A stretch of 58,201 bases of DNA. Origin: Nitrosopumilus sp. (GTDB lineage Archaea > Thermoproteota > Nitrososphaeria > Nitrososphaerales > Nitrosopumilaceae). The notes below the pieces were generated by a model. That model ran no database searches. It saw only the letters and a program-made list of their open reading frames with translations, and was not told the origin of the DNA. The stretch spans positions 1-58,201 of the forward strand of contig REGK01000001.1 of NCBI GenBank assembly GCA_003702545.1, read 5' to 3'. Positions within the stretch are counted from its first letter, which is position 1, and every line of letters starts with the position of its first letter. Shown here one piece after another: positions 57,366 through 58,201 of this stretch. Both the position numbers and the translations under genes were made by a program.

Positions 57366-57839
57366 ATGAGTAATTCAGATCCAAAAATTGTTCTTGCAAA
57401 ATGGTCAGATAGATTTTTTGCATGGCTAATTGATTTTGTTATAATTTCAGTAATTTCAACGGGAATAATTTTTGGTTTATTTGGAAATGTAGATTACGAA
57501 TTTGAAGAAAATAATTTTTGGATTAAAAATGGAGAGTACATTCCAACTAGTGTCATATTTTTTGTTTATTGGGTAATTCTAGAATACAGGACAGGTCAAA
57601 CAATTGGCAAAAAAATCCTCAATTTGAAAAGTACAAACATTTATGGAAAAAATCCAAGTTTGAAAGGGGTTTTAATTAGTAGTTTTGGAAAATCTTTTTT
57701 GTTGCCATTAGATGTCATTCTAGGATGGATTTTAACAAACAAGAAAAGGCAAAGAGTTTTCAACAAACTAGGAGATACTATTGTCGTAAAAATCAAGGAT
57801 GTTCAAGATGTCTCAGATTTCACATATCTGAAGGATTAA
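57366..57839 (+). CDS. RDD family membrane protein
   Basis: RFFAWLID, GQTIGK, RQRVF..LGDTIVV. Confidence 0.92.
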   Translation: MSNSDPKIVLAKWSDRFFAWLIDFVIISVISTGIIFGLFGNVDYEFEENNFWIKNGEYIPTSVIFFVYWVILEYRTGQTIGKKILNLKSTNIYGKNPSLKGVLISSFGKSFLLPLDVILGWILTNKKRQRVFNKLGDTIVVKIKDVQDVSDFTYLKD

Positions 57840-58201
57840 TGGAGTCAGATTTTCTTTAACCGTTACTCTGAAGATTTTACCAACAGATCTATTAGCAACC
57901 TTTGATCTGTTTTCTTGATGTCTGAAAACCAGAAAGAATGGTGGGTTGGATTACCAAAAGAACTTCAAAATGATATTGAATTAGAAGAGTAAGTATTCAA
58001 ACCATGGTCTAAAATAGTTGCAAAGCAAATAGTCGTGTATAGTTTTCACTAGAGGAATTTCAAATAATAAAAAATGCATAGCATTCGCTAAGCATGATTA
58101 AAAATGAAATCATCGTACAAGTCGTGTATATTCCACTTTGATGAATAAAATGATTCATCGCGCATAGTCTCTATGTAAGTGGCTGAACCGATGTGTTGGT
58201 C

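Noticed and set aside
57839-58201. Short ORF fragments and a duplicated AGTCGTGTATA (about 58031 and 58120)
   Set aside because: Only two 11-bp copies at the window edge with no supportable ORF or RNA structure; context is missing.

Overview
Low-GC archaeal chromosome segment. Gene content (family-B DNA polymerase, two TFB paralogs, methylmalonyl-CoA mutase/epimerase of the 3HP/4HB cycle, PhaEC, Trp-rich 'WVKNNAGWWADG' surface repeats) indicates a Nitrosopumilus-like ammonia-oxidising archaeon. 1-26.5 kb and most of 43.6-58 kb are housekeeping genes plus a PHA cluster. The main observation is an accessory block at about 26.5-43.6 kb centred on a cobalamin-binding regulator (38787-39629). It carries the CarH/LitR photoreceptor signature (W-x9-EH plus ExHxxG) but has a non-MerR, beta-strand-type N-terminal domain. 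A non-palindromic motif (sense strand TT[A/G][G/C]CACTAG) occurs about 16 times in intergenic DNA of this block. In ten promoters it lies in the same orientation 18-20 nt upstream of the putative TATA box. Genes behind these promoters include a pyrimidine-dimer DNA glycosylase operon, a 2OG-Fe(II) oxygenase, a YbjT-like SDR, a CrtI-like FAD oxidoreductase with an SRPBCC protein, two surface proteins, the regulator itself and an alternative TFB; DUF1722 has an inverted copy. I infer a candidate B12-dependent light-response regulon. No rRNA, tRNA, CRISPR array or intact mobile element was recognised. All calls come from reading the sequence; no database searches were run.
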